DNA of 43,744 nt from IMG/VR virus record IMGVR_UViG_3300045988_125155; one strand, given 5' to 3'. Every line of letters begins with the position of its first letter. Position 1 is the first letter of the stretch. Positions 23,764 to 33,278 of this stretch are shown here, piece by piece. Position numbers and translations under genes: made by a program. The notes under the pieces are model-generated. The model did not search any database. It worked only from the letters and a program-made list of their open reading frames with translations, and was not told where the DNA came from. The stretch is from a virus.

Positions 23764-24431
23764 GACTATCTAATGGAGAGGTCCTGCTGCACTGGCCGCT
23801 GGACATTCATGTGCTGACGCAAGGGTGGTATTACAATGACGGCAGTTTGCACCAGGCCGTTGACCTGCGCACCCAGATTGACAACATGTATATCCGCCCG
23901 GTCTATGCCGCCGAGGACGGCACCGTGGATCAGACCCAGGACTGGGACGGACACACGCGGACGGGTATGCAGAGTTATGGAAACATGGTGCGTATCAGAC
24001 ACGCCGACTACAAAAGCAAGACCTTGCAGACACGGTACGCCCACCTGTCCAGCTATTGCGTCAAGTACGGCCAGAGGGTCAAAGAGGGCGAGATCATCGG
24101 CTACAGCGGCGTGACCGGCAACGTGTTCGGCGCACACCTGCATTTTGAGGTGTTGCTGAACGGCAAGCGCACCAACCCGCTGGTGTGGCTGGACAACGAC
24201 TTCACCACGGCAAGCGGGCAGGTGTTTACATACCGCCCCGGCGAGCACGCTGTACAGCAGCCAGAGCAGGCCGCCAACGGCGCGCAGACGGCCCAGAACG
24301 GCACCGGCAAGCTGCAGGTGATAACTGTCGGGCCAGTGTCGCAGGGCGATGCAGACGCCGTCTTTGCCGTGTGCCAGAGCCGCGGGCTGACGGATGCCGG
24401 GCTATATAAATCTGAATGGGCGGAGGTATGA
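23760..24431 (+). CDS. M23-family peptidase endolysin
   Basis: HQAVDL...YAHLS...GYSGVTGNVFGAHLHFEV is the LytM/M23 signature. Holin-like genes follow. Confidence 0.85.
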   Translation: MRLSNGEVLLHWPLDIHVLTQGWYYNDGSLHQAVDLRTQIDNMYIRPVYAAEDGTVDQTQDWDGHTRTGMQSYGNMVRIRHADYKSKTLQTRYAHLSSYCVKYGQRVKEGEIIGYSGVTGNVFGAHLHFEVLLNGKRTNPLVWLDNDFTTASGQVFTYRPGEHAVQQPEQAANGAQTAQNGTGKLQVITVGPVSQGDADAVFAVCQSRGLTDAGLYKSEWAEV

Positions 24432-24784
24432 TGCCGATGCAGCATGTATTCTCGTTTACGCTTGCGGAAGCCTGGGCGTTTTTGATTTACGCGGCAGGGG
24501 CTGCCGCCGGACTGTATGCCGGGGGCGTGGCCATCAGCAAAGTCATCACCGCCGTAAAAAAGCCGAAGACCGACCAGGACAAACGCATTACCAAGCTTGA
24601 AGAGCGGGTGAACGCCATGGAGGGATTTTTGAAAAAAGACAAACAGCGGCTTGACCGCATGGACGAGGGGCAGCATGTGACCATGCAGGCGCTGCTGGCC
24701 CTGCTTGACCATAATCTGGATGGGAACAACATTGACCAGATGCAGAAAGCAAAGGAAGCCTTGCAAAAGCATCTGATTGGCTGA
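24428..24784 (+). CDS. N-terminal TM plus coiled-coil lysis-associated protein (holin-like)
   Basis: GGAGG RBS. The ATG overlaps the endolysin stop. One TM helix followed by a charged coiled coil. Confidence 0.5.
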   Translation: MMPMQHVFSFTLAEAWAFLIYAAGAAAGLYAGGVAISKVITAVKKPKTDQDKRITKLEERVNAMEGFLKKDKQRLDRMDEGQHVTMQALLALLDHNLDGNNIDQMQKAKEALQKHLIG

Positions 24785-24800
24785 AAGGGAGTGCATATCA

Positions 24801-24983
24801 ATGAGCGATTTTTTGAAAAACATTGCCGCGCTTTTCAAGGTAAAAACCATTGTGACGCTGGTTGTCGTTGCAGTGTTTGCGGCATTGGCGCTGCGGGAGA
24901 AATTACAGCCTGACACGGTCATGACCATTGTGACGATGGTCGTGGCCTTTTATTTTGGCACGCAGAGCGAGAAGAAGGGGTGA
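24801..24983 (+). CDS. holin, 60 aa, two TM helices
   Basis: IVTLVVVAVFAALAL and VMTIVTMVVAFYFG, with a charged C-terminus. Confidence 0.65.
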   Translation: MSDFLKNIAALFKVKTIVTLVVVAVFAALALREKLQPDTVMTIVTMVVAFYFGTQSEKKG

Positions 24984-24987
24984 CACT

Positions 24988-25866
24988 ATGAACTATGGCG
25001 GAGGGCTGCCGAATACCATCAAAAAAACGTATCCGGCACCAGTTATCAAAAAAAACAATGGACAAGGTGCTGCGGGAGCAATGGGCCCACTGTACAACAA
25101 TTTTGCAAAAGTGACCGGTGGCGGAACGCCGTTGCCGGTCCCGGCAAAAAGGAACACGACACCCAGCGCCGGCGCTGGCGGCGGCTACACTGGCGGCGGT
25201 TCTGGCGGCGGGAGCGCGGCGGCAAGCTACAGCGCACCGGCACAGAGCAGCAACTACATGAACAGCTATATCAGCCAGATGCAGAGTGCGATGCAGGCCG
25301 CACAGCAGGCGGCGGCAGAGGCACAGAGCAGGGCAGAAGAGCAGATGCGCGCAGCGCAGGAGGCACAGCGCAGAGCGCGTGAGGAAGCCTACCAGCGCAG
25401 TGCTGCACAGCAGAAAACCAACTATGAGTACGGGCAGGGCGAGTTGAACCGCGCCACAGACAACGCCCTGCAGCAAGCGTACATTAACCGCATGTTGCAG
25501 CAGCGCAACCTTGCGCAGCAGCTTAGTGCGCAGGGCCTGAACGGCGGTGCAAGCGAGACCACGACAGCCGGTATGCTGAACAACTACAACAACAGCCGCA
25601 ACGCGCTGGAAACCGAGCGGCAGAACCAGCTGGCAAGCCTTGCGAACACCTACCAGAACAACATGGCACAGCTGGAAAACCAGCGTGCCAGCGGCGATGC
25701 AGCGGATTTGAGCCAGTATCAGACGAACCTTGCAAACCTGACAGCAAACAACACGAATAATCTTGTCAGCCTGATGCAGGGTTACGCAAACATGGCAGCC
25801 AGCATGCCGCAGCTTCGCCAGAGATTTAACACGACCACCGGGCAGTGGGAGTACAGTTACGAATAA
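24988..25866 (+). CDS. Gly/Gln/Asn-rich coiled-coil protein, 292 aa (virion-internal is a guess)
   Basis: ATG 24988 follows GAAGGGGTG. Low-complexity sequence with no recognised domain. Confidence 0.6.
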   Translation: MNYGGGLPNTIKKTYPAPVIKKNNGQGAAGAMGPLYNNFAKVTGGGTPLPVPAKRNTTPSAGAGGGYTGGGSGGGSAAASYSAPAQSSNYMNSYISQMQSAMQAAQQAAAEAQSRAEEQMRAAQEAQRRAREEAYQRSAAQQKTNYEYGQGELNRATDNALQQAYINRMLQQRNLAQQLSAQGLNGGASETTTAGMLNNYNNSRNALETERQNQLASLANTYQNNMAQLENQRASGDAADLSQYQTNLANLTANNTNNLVSLMQGYANMAASMPQLRQRFNTTTGQWEYSYE

Positions 25867-25884
25867 GGGAATGGGGCGGTAAAG

Positions 25885-25948
25885 GGCAAGCCGCCCCTCA
25901 TCCGGCCCTGCGGGGCCACCTTCCCCCTTGGGGGGGGAAGGCTTGGGG
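25885..25948 (+). repeat. copy B of the intergenic hairpin element
   Basis: The 37-nt core CCGCCCCTCATCCGGCCCTGCGGGGCCACCTTCCCCC (25891-25927) is identical to 32447-32483. Confidence 0.8.
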
Positions 25949-25966
25949 ATTTGGAGGACTTGAGCT

Positions 25967-28900
25967 ATGGCGAAAGTGAATGGTCGTGAAGATGCGCTGC
26001 TGAATGCGTATTTGAACCGATACCAGACGGCGCAGGCCAGCAATGTCGGCACTGGCCGCAGCACAACGAGGAAAGCACAGCAGCAGGGCAGTGCCATCAT
26101 GAACGCCACTGACAAGACGCTGCCTGTGCTGCATAACAGCTACACCGAGACGCTGAACAACATTGTGCAGGGTGCAAGCCTTGAAAACAGCCTGAACAAC
26201 GATATTTTGAACCGGCAGATGAAACTGGCGCAGGCAAAGTTTGACGCGGCAAACGATTTGTACAAGCAGCAGCAAAAGGCGCAGCAGTATGCGGCGAAGA
26301 AAGCGGCGAAGGCTGCAAAATCCAGCGGGAAATCTTCCGGCAAGGGCGGCAGTACCACCGGCACGGGCAGCGACACGGAAAGTGCGGCATCGCTGGATTC
26401 GCTGTTCGGCGGCAGTGCAAGCAGCAACGGCACGACAGGCAGTACGACTGGCAGCAAGCCAAAAGCAGAGGACACGGAAAAGCCAAAAACAAATAGCGAA
26501 AAGGAAAAGAGTGCGCAGGAGAAGTATCTGGAAGCGAAGAAAGCAGGTGCGCGCACGACTGCCGCAAAGAGTTATGCCGAGCGAAACGGGACAGGCCTCG
26601 TGAGCGCCGCACAGCCCGCCCAGAGCCGCGCTGCGACGCGGGGTGGGAAAGTTATCGGCAGCAGTTACGCCGCCGCAGGAAGCGCCCCCGGCGCGGCAGA
26701 GACGCAGGCTGCAAAGGACAAGCGCAACGATTACAAGAGCCAGCGGGAAGATATTGCCGCTGCGCTTAAAAAGCTGCAGAGCGATGCTGATTACCGCGCC
26801 GAGCTTGCCACGCCGGGACGCAAACTGACGAGCGCCGAAGTGGCGGCGGTAAACCAGTACGAAAAAAGCACGAAGAACACCGGCTTTAGCGGCTTGAAGC
26901 GGGTGTTTGAGACTGCCGCAAACAAAGAGGGCCTGAGCCAAGAGGACTACGCGAAAAAGACGGCTGCCATGAATGCCGAGCTGAACCAGAACAGCGCCTT
27001 GCGCGGAAAAGCGCAGATGAACGGAGCCGGGCAGACTGCGCAAGCATTTACAGCCGGGTTGTATGACAGTGTGCCGTTTTTGAGAAAGAGCGTGGATAAG
27101 CTGACGGACATTGCGAATGAGACCGGCGCCGAGCTGCCGCAGCTTAGCAATGCGATTGAGGGCGCAAAGAGCTATGACCCGCTGGCGGCGGCGGCAGGCA
27201 CGCTTGTCGGCAAGGGAATGCAGTACGACCTGTTCAACACTGCTATGGCGGGCACACCGCTTGCGCAGACGATGGGCAAGGCGGGCAATGCCGTTGTGGG
27301 GCAGGCACAGAAAATCCCTGTGTTGGGGGATGTACTGGGCGCGGGTGCCGGTGATGCGCTGGGACGCATTTTGACAGACACGACAGCAGACCTTGCACTT
27401 GACACCCTGCCGAGCCTTGTGAACGATGTGAGCGAGGGCAAGAGCGTTGGAGAGATTGCGGGCAACACTGCAAAGAACATTGCAGGCAATGTGGCGATGA
27501 ACGCGCTTCCGGAAATCGGCGGGGCGTTGTTCAACAGGCTGAAAGGCACGGCAGGGGATGCCGCACAGGATGCTTTGAAGCAGGCAGACGATGCCGCGCC
27601 GTATATCTTGAAACAAGCTGACAATGCCGTGCAGGATGTACAGAGCGCCGCACCGGCAAGAAACATTGTGCAGCCGGAAGCCAACGGCACAACCGGGCTT
27701 GCCGCACAGATACAGCGGATGAACACGCCAGACGCAGCCAACCGCAGCGCATTGAATACGCTGGATGAACTGCGCGGACAGGTCAACTTGAACGGCGCGC
27801 AGGAAAAAGAGGCTGAACAGCTGCGCCGCGCTGTGTTGCAGCGCCAGCAGGAGATTGGCGATGAAGCTAAACTTGCGCTGCAAAATACGGACAGTTTGCC
27901 GATTGACGCGCAGCGCGCCGCGGGCTACAATGAAGTAAATGGAGGTGTTCAGAATGACAACCTGGGAGCAGGCGTTCGAGCAGACGTTCCCCTCAACGCT
28001 GACACTGGCGCAGGCTATGAACCGCAACCCAGAGGAGGTGGAAGCGGGCTTGTTGGACAGACTGGTACAGCAGGGCTTGGTAGCACCGCGAACGGCAACG
28101 GACGAGGAGTACAAGTCCCTGATGCGCCGGACGCTGGAACGGTGGCTGAATGGGCAAAATCAATAACCGGCAAGGACAGACGCAGCGTTTACACCCGCCG
28201 TATTGAAGATTTGTACAGCCGTATGCAGAGCGGCGCGACGCGCGAGAGCTTGGCAGACGAGGCAAAGGACATTGCCCTTGGCATTGTGAAGGACAGCGAT
28301 TTTGCGGAGCCTGTGGACGAGGCGACGACTGCGCTGCGGGATTACTTTAAAAGCACCCCCATCCGTCTGGACGAGCAGGCGGCGGGGGATATTTTGTATA
28401 CCAGCGGCTTGAAGAACATCCAGCAGTACAACTTCCAGAACGGGACAAATTTTTCTACCACGAGTGGTTTACCGTATGATACTGCCCTGATGGAGCTTGC
28501 CGACATGGGGACCGGTGTGAGCGGTTCCGGCGTGGATGACCTGCTTTCCGCTGTAGCAGCCAGCAACCGCGGAGCTTTGGTGGATACCGACCAGGCGGCT
28601 GCGACGGCAGACTATTACCGTGACATGATTTTGGACGGCCCCACCGGGCGGCAGGCTGGCAGCGAGGATTTTACGGACTGGCTTGAGGTGCAGGGCTTTG
28701 ACAGCAATATGCCGGACTACACCCGCCGTGTTTACGACAGGATGTTTGGCGGCACTGACACGGCGGATGCCGCCGCTTCCTTGCAGGACAGTATGGCACA
28801 GAGCGTTGCGGCCCGCCCGCTGAACGGCAGTGAGAGCGTGCCTGCCCATGCTGTTGGCGCGGAAAGTACGCAATATAACCGCAATGAAGTGCTGAACCAG

Positions 28901-31900
28901 GACTACGCGAACCAGCGTGTTATGCGCGGAGATATGGACGACAAGGCCGCTGCAGAGCTTGGCATTGGCGAGCAGACGCACACTGTTTACAGCCGGGCAG
29001 AGGGCAGGGACACGGCATCGCAGGATTTTGATGTACTTGTGCAGCAGACCGGCAGCGTGACCGGAGCCGGGCGCACAGTGGCAGATGAGCTGAACAGGAA
29101 AATCCAGAGTGGGCAATTGGATGCCTCCGATGTGTACGCGGGCAGCCATGCGGCAGAACAGCTGCGCCAGCGTTTGGCAGAACTCCCGGAAGGCAGTGCG
29201 GAAGCCGATGTAGTGAAAGCCCAAATTGCGAATATCAACCGTGCCGTAAGCGCCGGGCAGAGCAAGGCCGGACAGGCGCTTGTTTCCGGACGATATGCGC
29301 AGCCTGACGAATACAGCGGAATCCGGCGGTTTGAGCAGTACACACAGAACAGTGTTGACCGCTTCGCCAATACGCGGCAGGGTCAACAGCTGCACGATGT
29401 AGCGCAGGAAGTTGCCGACACGATGAATGGGCCGATGGATGATGAGTTCACGGCCTTTGTGCATAGTCAGGGCGTGGACACCGGTGATGATGTGCGCGAC
29501 CAGCTGGACTATATGGCCGAGCAAATTCAACGCATGGGCCGCGCGCGCAACGTAAACATCAACGAGGAACAGGCCAGAGCTGCCGCAGCCAGACTGCAGG
29601 CAGGCGGCACTGTTGAAGACATTTACGGTGCGTTTGCACGGCAGGCCCTTGGCATCGGCGATTTAAGTCAGGAAGATTTAGACTATGCCGTTGACACTTT
29701 CCGCCGGATTTCGGACATGCCGGATAGCCGGGAACGCTACGACCTTGAGATGAGTGTTTACGGGCGCATGGCAAACTATATGCCTGCGCGTGGGTTTGCA
29801 GACAGACTGAATAACATCCGTTACCTGTGCATGCTTGGCAACAGCCGTACGCATATCCGTAACATGATGGGCAATGTCATGATGGGCACGGTAACGCGCG
29901 CAAAGGACAATATTGCGGGCGTGATGCAGCTTGCCTTGCCGCAGAACGAACGCACAAAAGCTGTCGGCACAATGCTGACTGCGGATGGACGGCGAATGGT
30001 AAACCGCGCCAGAGACTACGCGGATAACCAGATGTACAGCATACTGTATCAGGATGGTCGCTGGAACATGGATACCGGGCTGCAGGCCGCACGAAACACC
30101 TACGCCACGCCTGTTGGGCGAGCAATCGGGCGTTTAAGCGACATCAACGGCGGCGCGCTGGAAGCAGAGGATAATTTCTTTTTGCGCAGCGCGTTCGGCA
30201 ACAGCATGGCAAGCTTTTTAAAAGCGCGCGGGTATGACAGCAGCATTTTTGACGCTACGGATGAACACAGCCGGTCTGTACTGCGGCAGGCTGCGGCGCA
30301 AGCGCTTGAAGATGCGCGGGAAGCTACATTCCACGAGGACAACTTTTTGAGTACGGCGTTCCGCAATTTCTCAAACGATACGCGGAGGCATGGCCCTGCT
30401 GGGCAGATTGCCTATGCGGTGACAGAAGGCATTTTGCCGTTTAAGAAAACGCCCATCAACATTGCAAAGAACGCATTGGAGTATAACCCCGTCGGCGGAG
30501 CAGTAGAAGCGATCTACCGTGGGGCAACCGGGCAGGGTGCAACGCGGGTAATGGACGCTGCAGCAAAGGGCGTAACTGGCACAGCAATTTTGGGGGCCGG
30601 TTATCTGCTTGCCAAGAATGGTATGCTGACCGGCGGCGCGAGCGGAGATGACCGCGCCGACAACTACAATGAAATGCTGGGCGACCAGAATTATGCCGTA
30701 AAAATACCCGGGAAAGGGACTTACACGCTGGACTGGGCGAGCCCGTCGAGCGTGCCGCTGCTGATTGGTGCGCAGATCGCTAAAGACCAGGAAGACGGCG
30801 GAGAGTTTAATTTGACGAAGACGCTGGACAGGATGCGCCAGATTACGCAGCCCGTACTGGAAACCACGATGCTGCAAGGCTTGAATGACACGCTGGACAG
30901 TGTAAGCTATGCAGATTCCAATGACAAATTGGCAACGCTTGCAACAAGCGCACTGGGCAGCTTTGCCAACCAGTTTGTGCCTACGGCCTTAGGACAGGTG
31001 GCACGGACTGTGGACGATACCCGGCGCAGCAGCTACGGCGGCGGCGACACAAAGACCGAACGGGATATTGGGTATAATATCCGCAAGATGGAGAATAAAA
31101 TCCCCGGTTTAAGCATGAACAACGAGCCGTACGTTGACCAGTGGGGCCGCGAAGAGGCGAGTCTTGACGGGACGGACGATTCAGCGGGAGGCATGCTTTT
31201 GCGCGGTGCGTACAACATGCTTAGCCCCGGTTATGTGAGCGCCGAAAACATCACCCCGGTTGACGAGTATCTGCAAGGATTGTACGGCAGCACGAATGAC
31301 AGCCATGTTTACCCGGAAAAGGCCAGCAGTAAAATTACCGTTGGCAGCGATGACTACTACATGACCCCGGAGGAAAAGACAGAGTACGCCAAGACGAGCG
31401 GTCAGGCAGCCTATGACCTGATTGACGAGCTGCGGCAGAACAGTATGTTTTTGCAGCTGCCGGAAGACCAGCAGAGTGCGCTTGTGCAGGATGCCTACAC
31501 GGTAGCCAAGACCGCCGGCGGCGTGGCCGCTGTTGGCGATGGTGTAAGCGGTGTGAACGCGAAGGAGTACGAGGCATACCGGGACGGCGGCGCGGAAGGG
31601 TTCAGCCAGTATGTGCTGATGAAGAATGCCACTGACCTTGTGCGCGATGAAAAGCGGGAGACGAGCGGCAACGATGATGCGACACTGAACACCGTGGAGA
31701 AGTGGAATACGCTCTATTCGCAGTTTGGTGATGATGCAGTAAGCAACTTTGTGAACAGCACTGACAAGGGCAGTACCGTGCGCAACATCAGCAACCTTGC
31801 CGGAGACAAGGCGGTTACCGCCTACATGCAGGCTTACAGTACTGTGGCAAAGACGCTGGACGATGACCAGACACCGGACAAGTTTACAGTCGGTTACGGT

Positions 31901-32224
31901 ATGCAGAAATACGGCCTGAGCGGAGACGACTTTGCAAGGGCGTATCTGGCAGCGTACTACAAGAAGGACAAGAACGGCAAGTACCCGGAAAAAGGCGGCA
32001 CGTATGCCGACAAGGCAGGTGCAGAGATTTACCAGAGCTATGGCGCAGATGCGCTGCGCGACTGGGTAAACTACCGTGCTACCATCCCCGACACGAACGG
32101 AAACGGCAAAGCCGATAAGGCAGAGGCTGTGGCGCGTTTGAAGGAAATGGACCTGACGAACGAGATGCGGCGCGCGTATCTGGCGAAAACCAACAAGCAG
32201 TGGGGCAAGAAAAACCCGTTTTGA
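25967..32224 (+). CDS. 2085-aa polyvalent-type virion/ejection protein candidate
   Basis: GGAGGA RBS. Contains Gly-zipper segments, long low-complexity linkers and a conserved-looking core (NSRTHIRNMMGNV...ILPFKKTPINIAKNALEYNP...). No enzymatic motif was recognised. See the nested ORF at 27954. Confidence 0.75.
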   Translation: MAKVNGREDALLNAYLNRYQTAQASNVGTGRSTTRKAQQQGSAIMNATDKTLPVLHNSYTETLNNIVQGASLENSLNNDILNRQMKLAQAKFDAANDLYKQQQKAQQYAAKKAAKAAKSSGKSSGKGGSTTGTGSDTESAASLDSLFGGSASSNGTTGSTTGSKPKAEDTEKPKTNSEKEKSAQEKYLEAKKAGARTTAAKSYAERNGTGLVSAAQPAQSRAATRGGKVIGSSYAAAGSAPGAAETQAAKDKRNDYKSQREDIAAALKKLQSDADYRAELATPGRKLTSAEVAAVNQYEKSTKNTGFSGLKRVFETAANKEGLSQEDYAKKTAAMNAELNQNSALRGKAQMNGAGQTAQAFTAGLYDSVPFLRKSVDKLTDIANETGAELPQLSNAIEGAKSYDPLAAAAGTLVGKGMQYDLFNTAMAGTPLAQTMGKAGNAVVGQAQKIPVLGDVLGAGAGDALGRILTDTTADLALDTLPSLVNDVSEGKSVGEIAGNTAKNIAGNVAMNALPEIGGALFNRLKGTAGDAAQDALKQADDAAPYILKQADNAVQDVQSAAPARNIVQPEANGTTGLAAQIQRMNTPDAANRSALNTLDELRGQVNLNGAQEKEAEQLRRAVLQRQQEIGDEAKLALQNTDSLPIDAQRAAGYNEVNGGVQNDNLGAGVRADVPLNADTGAGYEPQPRGGGSGLVGQTGTAGLGSTANGNGRGVQVPDAPDAGTVAEWAKSITGKDRRSVYTRRIEDLYSRMQSGATRESLADEAKDIALGIVKDSDFAEPVDEATTALRDYFKSTPIRLDEQAAGDILYTSGLKNIQQYNFQNGTNFSTTSGLPYDTALMELADMGTGVSGSGVDDLLSAVAASNRGALVDTDQAAATADYYRDMILDGPTGRQAGSEDFTDWLEVQGFDSNMPDYTRRVYDRMFGGTDTADAAASLQDSMAQSVAARPLNGSESVPAHAVGAESTQYNRNEVLNQDYANQRVMRGDMDDKAAAELGIGEQTHTVYSRAEGRDTASQDFDVLVQQTGSVTGAGRTVADELNRKIQSGQLDASDVYAGSHAAEQLRQRLAELPEGSAEADVVKAQIANINRAVSAGQSKAGQALVSGRYAQPDEYSGIRRFEQYTQNSVDRFANTRQGQQLHDVAQEVADTMNGPMDDEFTAFVHSQGVDTGDDVRDQLDYMAEQIQRMGRARNVNINEEQARAAAARLQAGGTVEDIYGAFARQALGIGDLSQEDLDYAVDTFRRISDMPDSRERYDLEMSVYGRMANYMPARGFADRLNNIRYLCMLGNSRTHIRNMMGNVMMGTVTRAKDNIAGVMQLALPQNERTKAVGTMLTADGRRMVNRARDYADNQMYSILYQDGRWNMDTGLQAARNTYATPVGRAIGRLSDINGGALEAEDNFFLRSAFGNSMASFLKARGYDSSIFDATDEHSRSVLRQAAAQALEDAREATFHEDNFLSTAFRNFSNDTRRHGPAGQIAYAVTEGILPFKKTPINIAKNALEYNPVGGAVEAIYRGATGQGATRVMDAAAKGVTGTAILGAGYLLAKNGMLTGGASGDDRADNYNEMLGDQNYAVKIPGKGTYTLDWASPSSVPLLIGAQIAKDQEDGGEFNLTKTLDRMRQITQPVLETTMLQGLNDTLDSVSYADSNDKLATLATSALGSFANQFVPTALGQVARTVDDTRRSSYGGGDTKTERDIGYNIRKMENKIPGLSMNNEPYVDQWGREEASLDGTDDSAGGMLLRGAYNMLSPGYVSAENITPVDEYLQGLYGSTNDSHVYPEKASSKITVGSDDYYMTPEEKTEYAKTSGQAAYDLIDELRQNSMFLQLPEDQQSALVQDAYTVAKTAGGVAAVGDGVSGVNAKEYEAYRDGGAEGFSQYVLMKNATDLVRDEKRETSGNDDATLNTVEKWNTLYSQFGDDAVSNFVNSTDKGSTVRNISNLAGDKAVTAYMQAYSTVAKTLDDDQTPDKFTVGYGMQKYGLSGDDFARAYLAAYYKKDKNGKYPEKGGTYADKAGAEIYQSYGADALRDWVNYRATIPDTNGNGKADKAEAVARLKEMDLTNEMRRAYLAKTNKQWGKKNPF
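27954..28166 (+). CDS. 70-aa ORF nested out of frame inside the giant gene
   Basis: GGAGGTG (27941-27947) lies 6 nt before the ATG. Sequence: MTTWEQAFEQTFPSTLTLAQAMNRNPEEVEAGLLDRLVQQGLVAPRTATDEEYKSLMRRTLERWLNGQNQ. Hand-counted GC3 is about 75% in this frame and about 45% in the giant frame over the same span. Confidence 0.55.
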   Translation: MTTWEQAFEQTFPSTLTLAQAMNRNPEEVEAGLLDRLVQQGLVAPRTATDEEYKSLMRRTLERWLNGQNQ

Positions 32225-32232
32225 GGTGCTGT

Positions 32233-32421
32233 ATGAAGTTTGATTTTTGCATGAACCGGGCGGAGTATGACGAACTTGTATTCAGCCTGACGGACGATGA
32301 GCGGGAAGTGTTGGACCTGCGGCGGCACGGACGGCGCAATGCCGAGATCGCAGCCGAGCTGAACTGCTGTGAGAGGACAGTAAACCGGCATGTGAGAAAC
32401 ATTAAGAATAAGATGCGGTGA
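32233..32421 (+). CDS. small LuxR/GerE-type (sigma region 4-like) HTH protein, 62 aa
   Basis: GAGGTG RBS. LTDDEREVLDLRRHGRRNAEIAAELNCCERTVNRHVRNIKNKM. Confidence 0.65.
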   Translation: MKFDFCMNRAEYDELVFSLTDDEREVLDLRRHGRRNAEIAAELNCCERTVNRHVRNIKNKMR

Positions 32422-32439
32422 GAGGGGAAGGGCGGTACA

Positions 32440-32501
32440 GGCAAGGCCGCCCCTCATCCGGCCCTGCGGGGCCACCTTCCCCCCTAGGGGGAAGGCGAAA
32501 G
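32440..32501 (+). repeat. copy C of the intergenic hairpin element
   Basis: Its core at 32447-32483 is identical to copy B. Confidence 0.8.
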
Positions 32502-32504
32502 TAT

Positions 32505-32542
32505 AGCGGGCAGTCACTTTTTGAGTGGCTGCCCGCTTTTTT
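32505..32542 (+). terminator. intrinsic terminator
   Basis: 14-bp stem AGCGGGCAGTCACT / AGTGGCTGCCCGCT followed by a T6 run. Confidence 0.8.
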
Positions 32543-32660
32543 GTTTTGGCGCGAGGATGGCGCAAATGCGGCGCGGGGGTGTCCTACAGAAACACAGTAT
32601 GTGCGGTATACTGAAAGTACCATAAGCGCTGTGGAAATTTTTGTGAAAGGAACCTGAACT

Positions 32661-33224
32661 ATGGAAATGAATTATGCTTCCAAAGGCGTTGCAAATGCAG
32701 GCCTTGCTACCGGCATTGTCGGCACCAGCCTTGGTGCGCTGAATGCACTGGGCGGCATGGGTGCGCTTACCGGGCTTATCGGCCCGCGCGGCACTTGCAG
32801 CGAAGACCACACTGTCAGCCGTTACGAGCTGGCGCAGGAGCAGAAAATTGCCGAGCTGCAGAGCCAGATCGCACTGCGGGATGCCAACGCCTACGGCGAC
32901 CAGAAAATGCTGGAAATGTACAAGTACATTGACGGCAAGCTGAGTGCCATTGACACGAAGTTCTGCGAGCAGGCTGTGCACAACCAGCGCACGGAAGACA
33001 GCTTTACGCTGGCGCGGCAGGACATTGCATCGGTGCGCAGTGAGCTTGACCAGAAGATCAAGCTGGAAGCCGAGCGCCGTTGCTGCGGTGATAACTCCAT
33101 CGTGACTTACGCAAATGCTACCTTCTACCCGAAGATGGTTGCGGACGTTACTGTCGGCACCGCCACGACTGCGCAGACGCTGTATAATCCGCTGCCCAAA
33201 TGCGGCTGCGATTGCAACAGCTGA
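32661..33224 (+). CDS. hypothetical protein: Gly-zipper N-terminus, coiled coil, Cys-rich C-terminus
   Basis: GLATGIVGTSLGALNALGGMGALTGLIG at the N-terminus; ends CGCDCNS. Confidence 0.65.
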   Translation: MEMNYASKGVANAGLATGIVGTSLGALNALGGMGALTGLIGPRGTCSEDHTVSRYELAQEQKIAELQSQIALRDANAYGDQKMLEMYKYIDGKLSAIDTKFCEQAVHNQRTEDSFTLARQDIASVRSELDQKIKLEAERRCCGDNSIVTYANATFYPKMVADVTVGTATTAQTLYNPLPKCGCDCNS

Positions 33225-33230
33225 ACGCGA

Positions 33231-33254
33231 GGGGGCGGCAATAGCCGCCCCTTT
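33231..33254 (+). terminator. GC hairpin with a weak T-tail
   Basis: GGGGCGGC-AATA-GCCGCCCC followed by TTTATCTT. Confidence 0.4.
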
Positions 33255-33278
33255 ATCTTATGATGCGAGGTGTATCAC

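Noticed and set aside
27930-27960. A programmed frameshift or translational hop joining the giant ORF to the nested ORF.
   Set aside because: No slippery heptamer or take-off/landing codon pair is evident, and the giant frame is uninterrupted. It is kept only as one alternative under the nested-ORF finding.
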